A stretch of DNA of 64,000 bases from Macrostomum lignano (taxonomy: Eukaryota). Both the position numbers and the translations under genes were made by a program. The notes under the pieces are model-generated. The model searched no databases. It was not told where the DNA came from and worked only from the letters and a program-made list of their open reading frames with translations. Position 1 is the stretch's first letter. Every line of letters starts with the position of its first letter. Shown piece by piece: positions 35,301 through 53,200 of this stretch. Location of the stretch: contig NIVC01000759.1 in the NCBI GenBank assembly GCA_002269645.1, positions 248,001 to 312,000 on the forward strand. The letters are read 5' to 3'.

Positions 35301-35910
35301 GAAAGTGAACTATAGGGTTGAACTAAAATTCGCGCTTGGCAGACTGACGCTAATATCCTTGGGTGCGTTTTGATTTTGCTTTTGCGTCGCGAGCTTGCGA
35401 AAAAATAGTCATTCTGTAGCTAATGCACTATAATCTGTAACATTTTGCCGACTAATATTCTTCTTTGCAATGTTTGTGGTAACTTTCATTTTAAAAAAAA
35501 CCTTTTACAGTTGTACTTTTAATCCGATACGAGGCATTACAATAGGCATAATGTTGTAATCATATTAGTAATGACGTAATGAGTACAAGTAATCACTAAA
35601 TCTACTAATTTTGAATCAAAAGACCTGTTCCCAATTCCCATTTTTTAGAGTTAGGACCCCAATCCTGCAGGGATAGAATTTTCCTTGGGATCCTAAGATT
35701 TCGGGGTTGGGATTAGGATCATTATTAATCAAGAAAATATAGGCTTTTTTATTCCTATATTTAAGTTACTTTAATTTAATTGAAAAAATTTTTTCTGAAA
35801 TTAAGGATTAAAAAAGAAAAATAATAAATTCTTGAATTGTCAACGTTTCAGGCAGTTATAAGGTTACATTGGTAATTTTATTAGCAGCAAAATATTTGGC
35901 AAAGGAGTGA

Positions 35911-41620
<5,710 letters not shown>

Positions 41621-41829
41621 CCCACTGAACCCGAGCCTGACCCATCAAATCTGAGCCCGACTCGAACTAAACTGAATCTGACACTGACCTACCTGACTCG
41701 AGCTCGGCTTCCGAGTTCCGAATTCAAAATCTGACCTGCTGGCACTCACTCAAAGCTTGACCCACCCTTACCCGAGCTTGACCCACCGGTACTCAGGCTT
41801 GACCCTCACCGGAACCCGAGCTTGACCAG

Positions 41830-42605
41830 CCGGTACCTGAACTCAGAATCTGACCAACTGGTACCTGAACTCAGAATCTGACCAACCGGTACCTGAACTC
41901 AGAATCTGACCAACTGGTACCTGAACTCAGAATCTGACCAACTGGTACCTGAACTCAGAATCTGACCAACTGGTACCGGAACTCAGAATCTGACCAACTG
42001 GTACCGGAACTCAGAATCTGACCAACCGGTACCTGAACTCAGAATCTGACCAACTGGTACCTGAACTCAGAATCTGACCAACTGGTACCTGAACTCAGAA
42101 TCTGACCAACTGGTACCGGAACTCAGAATCTGACCAACTGGTACCGGAACTCAGAATCTGACCAACCGGTACCTGAATACAGAATCTGACCAACTGGTAC
42201 CTGAACTCAGGATCTGACCAACTGGTACCGGAACTCAGAATCTGACCAACCGGTACCGGAACTCAGAATCTGACCAACTGGTACCTGAACTCAGAATCTG
42301 ACCAACTGGTACCTGAACTCAGAATCTGACCAACTGGTACCGGAACTCAGAATCTGACCAACCGGTACCTGAACTCAGAATCTGACCAACCGGTACCTGA
42401 ACTCAGAATCTGACCAACTGGTACCTGAACTCAGAATCTGACCAACCGGTACCTGAACTCAGAATCTGACCAACTGGTACCTGAACTCAGAATCTGACCA
42501 ACCGGTACCTGAACTCAGAATCTGACCAACCGGTACCTGAACTCAGAATCTGACCAACTGGTACCTGAACTCAGAATCTGACCAACCGGTACCTGAACTC
42601 AGAAT
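41830..42605. repeat. 28-bp minisatellite (GGTACCTGAACTCAGAATCTGACCAACT) downstream of ATG16L1
   Basis: About 27 units. Confidence 0.95.
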
Positions 42606-43452
42606 TAAAGAGCTCGCATTGATTGAACCGTCCGCACTACTGCAGATGCCGATGGTTTCGAGTTGTCTATTATTATAGTTCAATGTAGACGGAGCCAATC
42701 TATTGCATTGCCAAGCTGCAGGAAGCTTTGCTAACTCACCAAGTTCTCATCAGATCTGCTTGCTGCCCCAATAAAGTTTTGCATCAATTTTTATCACCGT
42801 TTTTATTATTGCTGTTATTGTCAATCCCCTGGCAAATAGTGGCTACCGTGTGTAAATTTTTGTTGTTGCAAATAAACCAGTTGCTGTTAGAGCAGAGTTG
42901 TGATCAATTTTAATTGCATGCTTTAAGAGCACCAGGCAATCATTCAAACACTGCAATCGCATCAGCTTTGATAATAAGAAATCAAACTCTGGCCAGTTGC
43001 TTGGGCTGGAATTGCAAATTGAATTTCTCCGCCAGGCCCCGGCAGCCACTACTGTGAGTAGCCAGTATTATAAGTAAGCATATATTGGTTATGCGGTTAA
43101 AAATATTTATGCATAGAGGCTTGTACAGGATAATCAACACAGATAGGGGAGATGGGATCGGCCGGCAGCAGGGGGGAAAAGATCCCCATAGCAACTGCGG
43201 CGGGATAACAAGCAAGGAAAAGTACAAGACCGCCAGAAATGAACTTGATGAGGCCGCGACTGCTCTAGAATACTAACTAGAAGAGCCTTAATTAAAACGC
43301 AGGCGAAACTGTAAAAATCTGGGCTACAGTATGGGCTGATTAAGGAGGTGCAGCGAAGAGTAAAAACACGGATTTTAATAAAAGCCATTTCTGCATCGCC
43401 AATTTTGGATGACTCTCGGGCCGGCTTTGGAAGAGAGGTTGAGTGCGCGGTC

Positions 43453-46400
43453 TCACACGTCTTCATCTCTGCAGGTGACCCACACGGGCCGGTCCGACTG
43501 CGCAGAGATGACTCGCTTCACCTGGGAGAAAATCTCGTCGAATGACTGGCCCGACACGGTGGCTGCAATTGGGAGCAAGGAAACTGGGTCAGGGTGGCTG
43601 ACCCAGACAGCCAGCTGACCCAAACACAGCAGACTCAGACACAGCCAGCTGACCTAGACACAGCCAGGTCAGCTTGTCAATCCAGACCCAGCTGACCCAG
43701 ACACAGCCAGCTGACCCAAACACAGCTGACCCAGACACAGCTGACCCTGACACAGCCAGCTGACCCAGACACAGCCAGCTGACCCAAACACAGCAGACTC
43801 AGACACAGCCAGGTCAGCTTGTCAATCCAGACACAGCTGACCCAGACACAGCTGACCCAGACACAGCCAGCTGACCCAAACACAGCTGACCCAGACACAG
43901 CCAGCTGACCCAAACACAGCTGACTCAGACAGCCAGCTGACCCAAACACAGCAGACTCAGACACAGCCAGGTCAGCTTGTCAATCCAGACACAGCTGACC
44001 CAGACACAGCCAGCTGACCCAGACACAGCCAGCTGAACCAAACACAGCTGACCCAGACACAGCCAGTGACCCAGACACAGCTGACCCAGACACAGCCAGC
44101 TGACCCAGACACAGCCAGCTGACCCAGACACAGCCAGCTGACCCAGACACAGCTGACCCAGACACAGCCAGCTGACCCAACCACAGCTACCTGACCCAAA
44201 CAGAGCTGACCCAGACACAGCCAGCTGACCCAAACACAGCCAGCTGACCCAACCACAGCTACCTGACCCAAACACAGCTGACCCAGACACAGCTGACCCA
44301 GACACAGCCAGCTGACCCAGACACAGCTGACCCAGACACAGCCAGCTGACCCAGACACAGCTGACCCAGACACAGCCAGCTGACCCAACCACAGCTACCT
44401 GACCAAAACACAGCTGACCCAGACACAGCTGACCCAGACACAGCCAGCTGACCCAGACACAGCTGACCCAGACACAGCTACCTGACCCAAAAGAGCTGAC
44501 CCAGACACAGCCAGCTGACCCAAACAGAGCTGACCCAGACACAGCCAGCAGCTCTCACCAGTAAAATAAGCGGAGAACTCAGCCTCCATGCGAGCTGAGC
44601 GGTCCAGCAGTTTCCTGGCCTGCTCCTCGGTCAGGCCCCGCCTCAGCTGGCACAGATTCTCCATCGAGGCGGCTCGCACGAAGATGGCGATGGGCGGCAG
44701 GCCGGCCGCCTCCAGCCGCCTGATGGCGTTGCCGGACACGTCCAGGATGCAGTGCCGGCCGCTCTGCGCCACCCGCCGCACGCTGCTGACGCTGGTGCCG
44801 TACAGGTTGCCGTTGTACTGGCCGGCCTCGATGAACAGGTGCTCGGCGATGTCGCGCTCCATCTGCTCGCGGCTGTCCACGAAGTGGTAGTCCCGGCCGT
44901 CCTGCTCGCCCTCCCGCTGCGGCCGGGTGGTGTGCGGCACACAGCTGCCGAAGCGGTCGGGGAACTGGCCGATCAGGGCGTCGTTCAGCTGGTCCTTCAG
45001 CGGGCCGAGGATGATGACGGGCCGGGCCAGGCGGATGTCCAGCTGCTGCACGGCCTCGTAGGTGGGGATGGCCACGTGCGAGTCGGACAGGTTGCCGGCG
45101 GAGGCCGTGTCCTCGGACGGTGCGGCCGGCTGCTGCTGCGACTGCTGGGTGTGGACGGACTCGCAGCTGTCCAGGCTGCCCGCGGTGCCGTCCTTGCCAG
45201 ACTTGAGGTGCAGCTTGCGCAGCAGGGAGGCCTTCTTCTTCTTCTCTAAGGTGCCTCCACCGCCGCCGCCGCTGCCACCGCTGCTGCGGCTGTTGTTGCT
45301 GGACAGCTGGCTCTGGTCGATGGAGCTGGACTGCTGCTGCGACTGGGACTGCTGCTGCTGCTGCTGTTGGTTGTTGAAGTTCACCTGGGTATGGGGAGGG
45401 CAAATATTTTAACAAGTGGATTAGGGTCATTCGCTCAATTTCAAGGATTAACGGCGGTTTCTCCCAGGAAAAAGGGCGATTCTGTGAGGGATTAAGGGCG
45501 ATTATGTTACGGAATTAATGGCGATTCTTGTGAGGGATTAAGGGCGATTCTTGTAAGCGATTAAGGGCGATCCTTGTAGGGGATTAAGGGCGATTCTTGT
45601 GAGGGATTAAGGGCGATTCTTGTAGGGGATTAAGGGCGATTCTTGTAAGGGATTAAGGGCGATCCTTGTAGGGGATTAAGGGCGATTCTTGTAAGGGACT
45701 AAGGGCGATCCTTGTAGGGGATTAAGGGCGATTCTTGTGAGGGATTTAGGGCGATTCTTGTAAGCGATAAAGGGCGATCCTTGTAGGGGATTAAGGGCGG
45801 TTCTTGTAAGGGATTAAGGGGGGTTCTTGTAAGGGATTAAGGGCGATCCTTGTAGGGGATTAAGGGCGATCCTTGCAAGGGATTAATGGAGATCCTTGTA
45901 GCGGATTAAGGGAAATTCTTGCAAGGCTGGGTCTGTTCGATGAATCGGTGCGGCAGCGACTGGCGGGTCTCAGTTAATTCAGCCGACCGCGGCTCACCTT
46001 CCGCAGTTTGGCCCGCTCGCGCCGCTCCACCCGCCGCTTGGACGGGATGATGCCGAAGGCGGCCGCCTGCTCGGCCGCGGTTGGCGGGTCGCCGCCGCTG
46101 GCAGCGCAGGCCACCAGCCGGGCCTGCCACCACTCGTCATCGGAGGCGTTGGTGACGTGCAGGATGTCGCCCTGCTGGAAGGCCACGCCGCGGTTCGGCA
46201 GGCCGGTGTCCTTCAGCGGGTCATAGTCAAACAGCGCCCGCACGTAGAGGCTGCGCTTCTGCGTTGTCCGCAGGGCGCCGCTGCTCCCCGTGAGCATTTG
46301 CTCGCGGAGGTCCTGGACTCGAGCCTCGAACCGGTTGTAGTCCTCGGGCCGGTAGGCCACCAGCAGCTGGGCGCAGTCGCCGGCGCCCTTCAGCGCCTGA

Positions 46401-47042
46401 GCGGCCTGCTCGTGCGTGGCGCCGGTCAGGTCGACGCTGTTGACCGCCAGCAGCTGGTCGCCGCGGTGCAGCTGACCGGAGGCGTCGGCGGGGCCGCCAG
46501 TCAGGATGAAGCTGACGAAGATGCCTTCGCCGTTCTCTCCGCCGACGATGTTGAAGCCCAAGCCGGTGGGGCCGCGGCGCAGAGCCACCAGGCGGGGCTC
46601 CCTGAGAGGCAGCAGCGAATTTATGGGGATTTTTTTTCATCGAATGACTACTGGCTTTGTAGCCGATATGTAGCGAAAATAACTTTTAAAAGAAACATTT
46701 CGGGTTTAAATAGAAAGCGCATGCCGTATAATTCAGACTGGCTGACGAAAGTGGAGCGGAATGGCTGAATAGGGAGATGAAGGCGCAGGCATTGGAACAT
46801 AAGGAAAAGCACTAGGACACAGACAGGTCAGTCAGTCAGTCAGTCAGTCAGTCAGTCAGTCAGTCAGTCAGTCAGTCAGTCAGTCAGTCAGTCAGTCAGT
46901 CAGTCAGTCAGTCAGTCAGTCAGTCAGTCAGTCAGTCAGTCAGTCAGTCAGTCAGTCAGTCAGTCAGTCAGTCAGTCAGTCAGACACTAAGACAGACAGA
47001 CAAACAGACAGACAAACAGACACCGACGGAAAGACAGACAGG

Positions 47043-47084
<42 letters not shown>

Positions 47085-47087
47085 GTC

Positions 47088-47128
<41 letters not shown>

Positions 47129-47131
47129 GTC

Positions 47132-47168
<37 letters not shown>

Positions 47169-47191
47169 GTCAGACAGACAGACAGACAGTC

Positions 47192-47222
<31 letters not shown>

Positions 47223-50200
47223 AAATCAAGCATGCCGCACGGCCCTGATCAGCTTCCTGTCAGCAAGTCGCAGGCAGCAGAGTGAAATGGCAAATGCAGA
47301 ACAATATCAAACACAGCACAGAAGTCACACCCAGCTAGGCCAGAGCAGAGCAAAGCTGGGCGGCCACCGAGAGTCCCCGGAATGAACTTGTAAAACAGAA
47401 GACTTGCAACTCATTGAATAAATCAGCAGCAGAGTGGGGCGCAGAGAAAAGTGCAGCAGGGTGCCCAGCTGAGGCAGAGATAAAAAGCTGCAATCGAACT
47501 TTGACAGAAATTCTAATTTGAAATCTACAAGAGAGATAGCGCAGTGCAGGTCACAAACACACGCTGCAGCGGTTCACCCGATTGGAAAGTTCATAAGCTA
47601 CAATTTTGTACTCATTATTGGTCTCTTATAGTACTGTGTGACACCCACCAAAATATAAGCTAGTGTACGAGTGATCAACCTTAGCCCGTGGCAGCTGCGG
47701 CAGTTTGATAGGGTCAGGAAGCTAATGGGTCTACCCAGAAGAAGCTACCCAGTCACAGCCTGAGGGAGGTCAGGAAGCTACCCAGTCACAGACTTGGGGA
47801 GGTCAGGACGCTACCCAGTCACAGCCTGAGGGAGGTCAGGAAGCTACCCAGTCACAGCCTGAGGGAGGTCAGGAAGCTACCCAGTCACAGACTTGGGGAG
47901 GTCAGGACGCTACCCAGTCACAGCCTGAGGGAGGTCAGGAAGCTACCCAGTCACAGACTTGGGGAGGTCAGGACGCTACCCAGTCACAGCCTGAGGGAGG
48001 TCAGGAAGCTACCCAGTCACAGCCTGGGGGAGGTCAGGAAGCTACCCAGTCACAGCCTGGGGGAGGTCAGGAAGCTACCCAGTCACAGCCTGGGGGAGGT
48101 CAGGAAGCTACCCAGTCACAGCCTGAGGGGGAGGTCAGGAAGCTACCCAGTCACAGCCTGGGGGAGGTCAGGAAGCTAGCTACCCAGCCACAGCCTGAGG
48201 GAGGTCAGGAAGCTAGCTACCCAGCCACAGCCTGGGGGAGGTCAGGAAGCTACCCAGTCACAGCCTGGGGGAGTTCAGGAAGCTACCCAGTCACAGCCTG
48301 AGGGGGAGGTCAGGAAGCTACCCCAGTCACAGCCTGGGGGAGGTCAGGAAGCTACCCAGTTACAGCCTGAGGGGGAGGTCAGGAAGCTACCCAGTCACAG
48401 CCTGGGGGAGGTCAGGAAGCTACCCAGTCACAGCCTGGGGGGGGGGTCAGGAAGCTACCCAGTCACAGCCTGGGGGAGGTCAGGAAGCTACCCAGTCACA
48501 GCCTGGGGGAGGTCAGGAAGCTACCCAGTCACAGCCTGAGGGGGAGGTCAGGACGCTACCCAGTCACAGCCTGAGGGAGGTCAGGAAGCTACCCAGTCAC
48601 AGACTTGGGGAGGTCAGGACGCTACCCAGTCACAGCCTGAGGGAGGTCAGGAAGCTACCCAGTCACAGCCTGGGGGAGGTCAGGAAGCTACCCAGTCACA
48701 GCCTGGGGGAGGTCAGGAAGCTACCCAGTCACAGCCTGGGGGAGGTCAGGAAGCTACCCAGTTACAGCCTGAGGGGGAGGTCAGGAAGCTACCCAGTCAC
48801 AGCCTGGGGGAGGTCAGGAAGCTACCCAGTTACAGCCTGAGGGGGAGGTCAGGAAGCTACCCAGTCACAGCCTGGGGGAGGTCAGGAAGCTACCCAGTCA
48901 CAGCCTGGGGGGGGTCAGGAAGCTACCCAGTCACAGCCTGGGGGAGGTCAGGAAGCTACCCAGTCACAGCCTGGGGGAGGTCAGGAAGCTACCCAGTCAC
49001 AGCCTGAGGGGGAGGTCAGGAAGCTACCCAGTCACAGCCTGAGGGGGAGGTCAGGAAGCTACCCAGTCACAGCCTGGGGGAGGTCAGGAAGCTACCTAGG
49101 AAGGTTGGCAGGCACAATGAGCACATCCGGAGGCGGCGGTCGCAGCGAGGTGTCAGACCGGCTGTACGGCAAGGCCCTGGAGCTCTCAACTGACCGTCGT
49201 GGCGCTGGCCGAGGCCGAGCAGCTGGTGCAGGGGGAGCTGCGGGGGCGGCGGCAACTCCGGCAGCGGGCGGCCCAGGCGGCACGGGCGGAGGCGGCGGAC
49301 GAGGCCGTCGAGCAACTGGAGGCGGGAACGACGTTGACGGAGGAATGGCGGCGGCGGGCGCCGCGGTTGCGGCATCCATGACTTCTGCTGCAGGCTGCGC
49401 CACCGCTGCCAGTTCAACAGCGGCAGCAGACGGCGGAACAGACGAAGGGGGAAGGTTAGAAGGGAGAACTTAAATCTACGGCTAGGGGGGGAGGCGGGGG
49501 GACTCGCTCGAAGAGTTCGCAGGCGCAGCTAATAACTAGAACTGGCCCACCGCTACCGCAAACAGGGCTGGGCAAGCGCACAGATATTAAAATGCGCCTC
49601 AGTGAGTCAGCGGCTTTGACTGGAGAGAAATGCAAAATAAGAAGGCGGAGGCGGCTACACTTGGGCAGAGGGAGGCGGCTGTGCCCGGCGACATTCACAG
49701 TACAGAGGGGCAGGGAGAGGCGGTGACGGAAAGAAGATTCACAGTGCGCGGGTTTGGGGGCAGAGCAGCGCGGGCTACGGAGGGGGTTGGCGTCAGGAGA
49801 GAAGGGCAGCAAGACAGCGAATGAATGGCCTGCGCACACAGCAGCAGCAGCAGAGCCCTGCCTGCCTGCCTGCCCTCAGCTGGGCGACAAGAGTGAGCAG
49901 AGATCAAGGGGATACTTTAAGGAGTGACTGTTTTGCCTAATTTTTTATTAATTCATAGTAGACATTTTAAAACCGGAAGTAAAATTTAATTAGACGGACT
50001 TGGGTGAATAGATATATATGCGTGAGACAGAGACGTGAGATGGTAAAGGGACACGAAATTGTCAGAAAGACATGAGAAGGTGAGAGAGAGACATGAGAGG
50101 GTGATAGAGAGACATGAAAAGGTGAGAAGGAGACATGAGAGGGTGAGAGAGACATGAAAGGTGAGAGAGACATGAGTGGGTAAGAAAGAGACATGAGAGG

Positions 50201-53200
50201 GTGAGAAAGAGACATGAGAGGGTGAGAAAGAGACATGAGAGGGTGAGAAAGAGACATGAGAGGGTAAGAAAGAGACATGAGAGGGTGAGAAAGTGACATG
50301 AGAGGGTGAGAGACATGAGTGGGTGAGAAAGAGACATGAGAGGGTGAGAGAGAGACGAGTGGGTGAGAAAGTGACATGAGAGGGTGAGAGAGAGACATGA
50401 GTGGGTGAGAAAGTGACGAGAGGGTGAGAGAGAGACATGAGAGGGTGAGAGAGAGACATGAGAGGGTGAGAGAGAGACATGAGAGGGTGAGAGAGAGACA
50501 TGAGAGGGTGAGAGAGAGACATGAGAGGGTGAGAGAGAGACATGAGAGGGTGAGAGAGAGACATGAGAGGGTGAGAGAGAGACATGAGAGGGTGAGAGAG
50601 AGACATGAGAGGGTGAGAGAGAGACATGAGAGGGTGAGAGAGAGACATGAGTGGGTGAGAAAGTGACGAGAGGGTGAGAGAGAGACATGAGAGGGTGAGA
50701 GAGACATGAGAGGGTGAGAGAGAGACATGAGAGGGTGAGAAAGAGATATGAGAGGGTGAGAAAGAGATATGAGAGGGTGAGAAAGAGATATGAGAGGGTG
50801 AGAAAGAGATATGAGAGGGTGAGAAAGAGATATGAGAGGGTGAGAAAGAGATATGAGAGGGTGAGAGAGAGACATGAGTGGGTGAGAAAGTGACATGAGG
50901 GTGAGAGAGAGACATGAGTGGGTGAGAAAGTGACGAGAGGGTGAGAGAGAGACATGAGAGGGTGAGAGAGAGACATGAGAGGGTGAGAGAGAGACATGAG
51001 AGGGTGAGAGAGAGACATGAGAGGGTGAGAGACATGAGTGGGTGAGGGACATGGATGAGAGGAAGAGAGTAAGAATACAGCATCAGAGGGTGAGCCAAAG
51101 GAAAGCCAGCCAATTTGAAAGACAGCGGGAGCAGCAAAAATGCACAAAAATGCAAGACAAAATACACGGCAAAAGCAATAGAAGAGCAACCAACCAACCT
51201 TGGAAAATCCTCCGCAATCACTTCGACGAAGTTGCAGTCGATGGTGTCGTCAAAATAGCCTTGAATTGCGCGAAAATGGAGGATGGGGAGGCGGTGGCGA
51301 CAGAAGTCAGTCAGGCGCCGCACACGGGCCGCATGCAGCAAAGCGCTAAGTTCAACACCGGTGCAGATTAATAATCCATAACTGTGCCAGGCAGATACCA
51401 AATAATAAGCCCGCAGCCAAGATAGAAACACACAAAACTCCATCTGTTCCAAATAGAAAAGCTACACTTAGATCTTAGGTAATTGGTTTCTTATCTACAT
51501 TAGAATTTCAACAGTCCTACTTACAGTAGACTACTTGCGACATGGCTATAAATAGAAAATTCTAAAAATGAAAATGAAAATAAAATAATCACCCCCAACG
51601 ATTGAAGACAGGCTTTGTAGGAAGCAGAAAAGCACACAGGACGGCCGGCTGAGTGCAATGCGGTTGTTTGCAGTTTATTTCGCAATTAAATTGCCAAAAC
51701 AAAGACGAATAAGAGTATAAAACTGTATAACAGCAATAAACAGTTAGAAATGCCCGGTAAATATAGGAAATAATTCTTAATTCGCGTCAGCTTTGCAAAA
51801 ACAATGTGAAGTTTATATGGAAGTTCTAAAACTCGGCACCTTCAGAAACTGTCTATCTTCATGAGCGTAGGAGCTTGACCTTCAAAGACATTATGACCTT
51901 TATAGGACATCATGACCTTCATAGGAAATCATGACCTTCAAGGACATCATGACCTTCAAGGACATCATGACCTTCAAGGACATCATGACCTTCAAGGACA
52001 TCATGACCTTCATAGGAAATCATGACCTTCAAGGACATCATGACCTTCAAGGACATCATGACCTTCATGGGACATCATGACCTTCAAGAAAATCATGACC
52101 TTCATGGGACATCATGACCTTCAAGGACATTATGACCTTCAAGGACATCATGACCTTCAAGGACATCATGACCTTCAAGGACATCATGACCTTCAAGGAC
52201 ATCATGACCTTCAAGGACATCATGACCTTCATGGGACATCATGACCTTCAAGAAAATCATGACCTTCATGGGACATCATGACCTTCAAGGACATCATGAC
52301 CTTCAAGGACATCATGACCTTCAAGGACATCATGACCTTCAAGGACATCATGACCTTCAAGGACATCATGACCTTCAAGGACATCATGACCTTCATGGGA
52401 CATCATGACCTTCAAGAAAATCATGACCTGGATCTCGTGACCTTCCTGACCTCAGGATCCTCATGGCCTCAAGATTCAACACGGCTCCGATAAGCAAAGT
52501 GGAGAAGGCAGCTGAGACGCCTGATGGAGCTCCGGAGCCCAGACTGGCGCTGCCGACTCGGTGGCAGCGATTTCACCTGATCAACTGGACTGCGCTTGCA
52601 CTCGGTGACAAGGATCTTTGGCGAGTCAAAGTGGCACCACGACTGGCGCTGGCTGCGGGCCGCTGCGGGTTGGCGAGGTGGGATTGGCCCAGTGAAGGTG
52701 TGGGATTGGCCCAGTGAAAGTGTGGGATTGGCACAGTGAAGGTGTGGGATTGGCTCAGTGAAGGTGTGGGATTGGCTCAGTGAAGGTGTGGGATTGGCTC
52801 AGTGAAGGTGTGGGATTGGCCCAGTGAAGGTGTGGGATTGGCCCAGTGAAGGTGTGGGATTGGCCCAGTGAAGGTGTGGGATTGGCTCAGGGAAGGTGTG
52901 GGATTGGCTCAGTGAACGTGTGGGATTGGCTTAGTGAAGGTGTGGGATTGGCTCAGTGAAGGTGTGGGATTGGCTCAGTGAAGGTGTGGGATTGGCTCAA
53001 GAAGGTGTGGGATTGGCTCAAGAAGGTGTGGGATTGGCTCAAGAAGGTGTGGGATTGGCTCAAGGTGTGGGATTGGCTCAGTGAAGGTGTGGGATTGGCT
53101 CAGTGAAGGTGTGGGATTGGCTCAGGGAAGGTGTGGGATTGGCTCAGTGAACGTGTGGGATTGGCTTAGTGAAGGTGTGGGATTGGCTCAGTGAAGGTGT

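Noticed and set aside
35300-35600. Candidate 3' LTR of the decayed gypsy
   Set aside because: No matching repeat upstream of 32245 and no clear PPT or TG...CA boundary.
44579-45430. Alternative-frame GC-rich ORFs over dlg1, ATG16L1 and PKD exons
   Set aside because: Expected by-products of high GC3 codon usage; the conserved protein lies in another frame.
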